DNA of 64,000 nucleotides from Candidatus Bathyarchaeota archaeon. Lineage in GTDB: Archaea; Thermoproteota; Bathyarchaeia; Bathyarchaeales; Bathycorpusculaceae. The translations under genes were made by a program, and so were the position numbers. This document shows positions 61,892-64,000 of the stretch, piece by piece. The stretch covers positions 1 to 64,000 of the forward strand of contig CAWEPZ010000009.1 in the NCBI GenBank assembly GCA_963811105.1, given 5' to 3'. Below the pieces are notes generated by a model that worked only from the letters and a program-made list of their open reading frames with translations, had not been told where the DNA came from and did no database searches. The stretch's first letter is position 1. Each line of letters begins with the position of its first letter.

Positions 61892-64000
61892 TCATTTAGT
61901 ATTTCGTTTTAGCTGTTTTTCTATCGCTTGCTCCGCTATATCAGCCGCTTCTTGAAGCTTCTCAGGTTTTGTTCCACCGCCTTGCGCAAAATTAGGTCTT
62001 CCACCGCCTCCGCCGCCAAAAAGTGGAGCAACTTCCCGCATTATTTCAGCGGCGTTGAACCCTCGGTTTACAGCCATCGATCCAGACATGATTAATAAGT
62101 TAGCGGTTTTATCGGTTTTGTCAGTGAAAACAGATATTGTCGAATCATCTTTTTTTATCATTAGGCTTCCGGTTTGAATCAATCGAGCCATATTTCCTTC
62201 AGAAAAATCTCTTCTTACGACTTTTATTTCACGTATTATCTTAACGCCTTCTGTCTCCTTTATCACAAGGTCAGGTCTGGCATGTCCATTTTGCTTTGTT
62301 ATAACTACGCTCTCTTTTTGAGCTAACTCTTTGATTAGGCGTCGTTTCTCTATTTGTGCTTCTTTGAGTTCTTTGACAACTTTCTCAGCGGTCTTATCGA
62401 GTTTGTCACTTGGGGCATTGAGAACTTCAGACACCTTCGAGAGTATGTTTTCCTGTTTCTGCACTGCCTTCAGCGCCTCCAACCCAACTGCGTAGCCTAA
62501 ACGTTCCACTCCGTCCTGCACACGTTCAGTATAAACGATTTTTACGAAGCAAACTTCCAATGTGCTTGCAAGGTGTGTTCCAGCGCATGCTTCCACATCC
62601 CAATCGCCCGTTTTCACAACGCGGATATCTTTGCCTGGAACTGCACCGCCTTGATAGAGCCTGAAACCGTAGCGTGCTTCTGCCTCGTTGCGTGGATACC
62701 AATTGATGTCAATTTTCATGTTAGCTGCAATCGCTCCATTTGCTAACTGCTCAATTTTATGGACTTCCTCTTGGCTTAATCTTTTGTAATGTGTAATGTC
62801 AAGTCGAGACATTTCTAAGCCTTTTTGGGTGCCTGATTGCCAAACATGTTCACCTAAAACTCGTCTTGCAGCACCATTGATTAGATGAGTAACTGTATGA
62901 GCTTTCATGAGGGAGTAGCGTCTGTTCCAATCCAAAATTCCATGAATTGTGCTGCCTTCCTTGAATCTTGTGGTTTCGCTGAGCTTGTGAATTATGACTT
63001 TGCCGATCTTCTGAGTGTCGACCAATTCGAACTTTTGGTTGTCTGCCGTTAGCCACCCGTGGTCTGCAGGTTGCCCGCCACCTTCAGGATAAAAGCATGT
63101 CCGATCCAAAACAACATATTTGTCGTTTACAACTTTGAGGACTTTTGCATCAAACTCCTTCATATAAGTATCGGCATAGTAAAGTTGCTCTGTTGCAGGC
63201 AACTGCTCAGCCACTTTCTCAAGTGTTTTTTCTGCTTGCGTTTCTTCCTCTTCCGCAGGTTTACTTGATTGCATATGCCGTTGGGCGATTAATGCATAGA
63301 AGTTCTCAGGCAACACAACTTCAACGCCTTCTTTCTCCGCCGCTTGCTTAACGATTTCTGGCGGAAGCCCATGCGAATCGTAGAGTTCTGTCAACGTATC
63401 CATCGGCAGCTTGCCTGTGCCTTTAGTTTTTAGATCATTGGCGATTCGTTTAACCATGCCCTCACCCCGTTTGAGGGTATCTTCAAATTTTTCCTCTTCT
63501 ACTTTGAGCATTTCCACGATTTCATTTTGCATTTCTTTGAGGCGCGGAAAATCTTTACCCCAATAACCGACTTGCATGTCTACGATATCATAGAGTTTTG
63601 CTGGCTCAATGTTTAGGGTTCGCATTAGACGGTAAACTCTGCGGAACAACAACCTTGCCAAGTAGCCTTCTTGAATGTTGGAAGGCACTACACCTTCGCT
63701 AAGAATGAAGCTTAACGTTTTGGTGTGGTCGGTTACTGCCCAAGCGTTCTCAATAGGAACCAACACTTTTTCAAGTGTTTGAATGTCTATGCCTGAAAGC
63801 TCAGCTACACGCCTACGGGTAACCATACGGTTTGCGTTTTTGTCAACGCTTACCAAACCTGAATACTTGGCGACTTGAGCCAAGAAATAGTTATCAACGT
63901 TAGTTATTCCTGCCATGCCGAGAACTTTATCTACTAAATCGCCGTAGATTGCTTGAAACGCACTTGGTACTCCCTGGCTTATCCAGGCAAAGCGGTCTAT
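61892..64000 (-). CDS. alaS: Alanine--tRNA ligase (archaeal type), 5' end beyond the window
   Basis: Frame open to 64000; DHTKTL, VVPSN..EGYLARLL, LYDSHGLPPE, FYPEGGGQ, HTVTH, EACAGTH, GGGGGRPNFAQGGG. Confidence 0.97.
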   Translation of the reverse strand: MDRFAWISQGVPSAFQAIYGDLVDKVLGMAGITNVDNYFLAQVAKYSGLVSVDKNANRMVTRRRVAELSGIDIQTLEKVLVPIENAWAVTDHTKTLSFILSEGVVPSNIQEGYLARLLFRRVYRLMRTLNIEPAKLYDIVDMQVGYWGKDFPRLKEMQNEIVEMLKVEEEKFEDTLKRGEGMVKRIANDLKTKGTGKLPMDTLTELYDSHGLPPEIVKQAAEKEGVEVVLPENFYALIAQRHMQSSKPAEEEETQAEKTLEKVAEQLPATEQLYYADTYMKEFDAKVLKVVNDKYVVLDRTCFYPEGGGQPADHGWLTADNQKFELVDTQKIGKVIIHKLSETTRFKEGSTIHGILDWNRRYSLMKAHTVTHLINGAARRVLGEHVWQSGTQKGLEMSRLDITHYKRLSQEEVHKIEQLANGAIAANMKIDINWYPRNEAEARYGFRLYQGGAVPGKDIRVVKTGDWDVEACAGTHLASTLEVCFVKIVYTERVQDGVERLGYAVGLEALKAVQKQENILSKVSEVLNAPSDKLDKTAEKVVKELKEAQIEKRRLIKELAQKESVVITKQNGHARPDLVIKETEGVKIIREIKVVRRDFSEGNMARLIQTGSLMIKKDDSTISVFTDKTDKTANLLIMSGSMAVNRGFNAAEIMREVAPLFGGGGGGRPNFAQGGGTKPEKLQEAADIAEQAIEKQLKRNTK

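Noticed and set aside
214-63351. Many antisense or overlapping ORFs in the track (e.g. 214-618, 21073-21480, 31322-31867, 59500-59883)
   Set aside because: They are shadows of well-supported genes on the opposite strand or frame and have no motifs.

Overview
Archaeal chromosomal window, most consistent with Bathyarchaeia. Evidence: TATA-box promoters, TFS, short archaeal purA, archaeal AlaRS, Lrp/TrmB regulators and many surface proteins ending in a TM helix plus KKR/RKK. The left ~17 kb is accessory. It holds a stress-type cluster with three microproteins missed by the ORF track, a decayed provirus-like segment with a 95-bp tandem repeat, an AT-rich TIR / Zn-phospholipase C-like / membrane protein / Trypco2-like cassette, an IS1182 inserted into a signal-peptide sequence, and an IS110-like remnant with a structured 3' end. 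The middle has housekeeping genes (MFS, HtrA, purA, M20 peptidase), a candidate structured ncRNA, and a six-gene ATP-dependent reductase operon. That operon encodes a surface CARDB protein, a NapH-like membrane Fe-S protein, a single-chain double-cubane-type reductase, two BzdP/BzdQ-like activators and a ferredoxin with no canonical start codon. At 39-49 kb a TrmB regulator is divergent from three ~860-aa beta-propeller surface paralogues. Each paralogue has the same operator-TATA-5'UTR hairpin-terminator architecture, and one operator is amplified four times. The right end has asnS, a P-type ATPase, an acetate channel plus acs, a putative regulator-grpE-dnaK-dnaJ operon and a partial alaS. 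No rRNA, tRNA or CRISPR array was seen. All family calls come from motif recognition by eye; no database searches were run.
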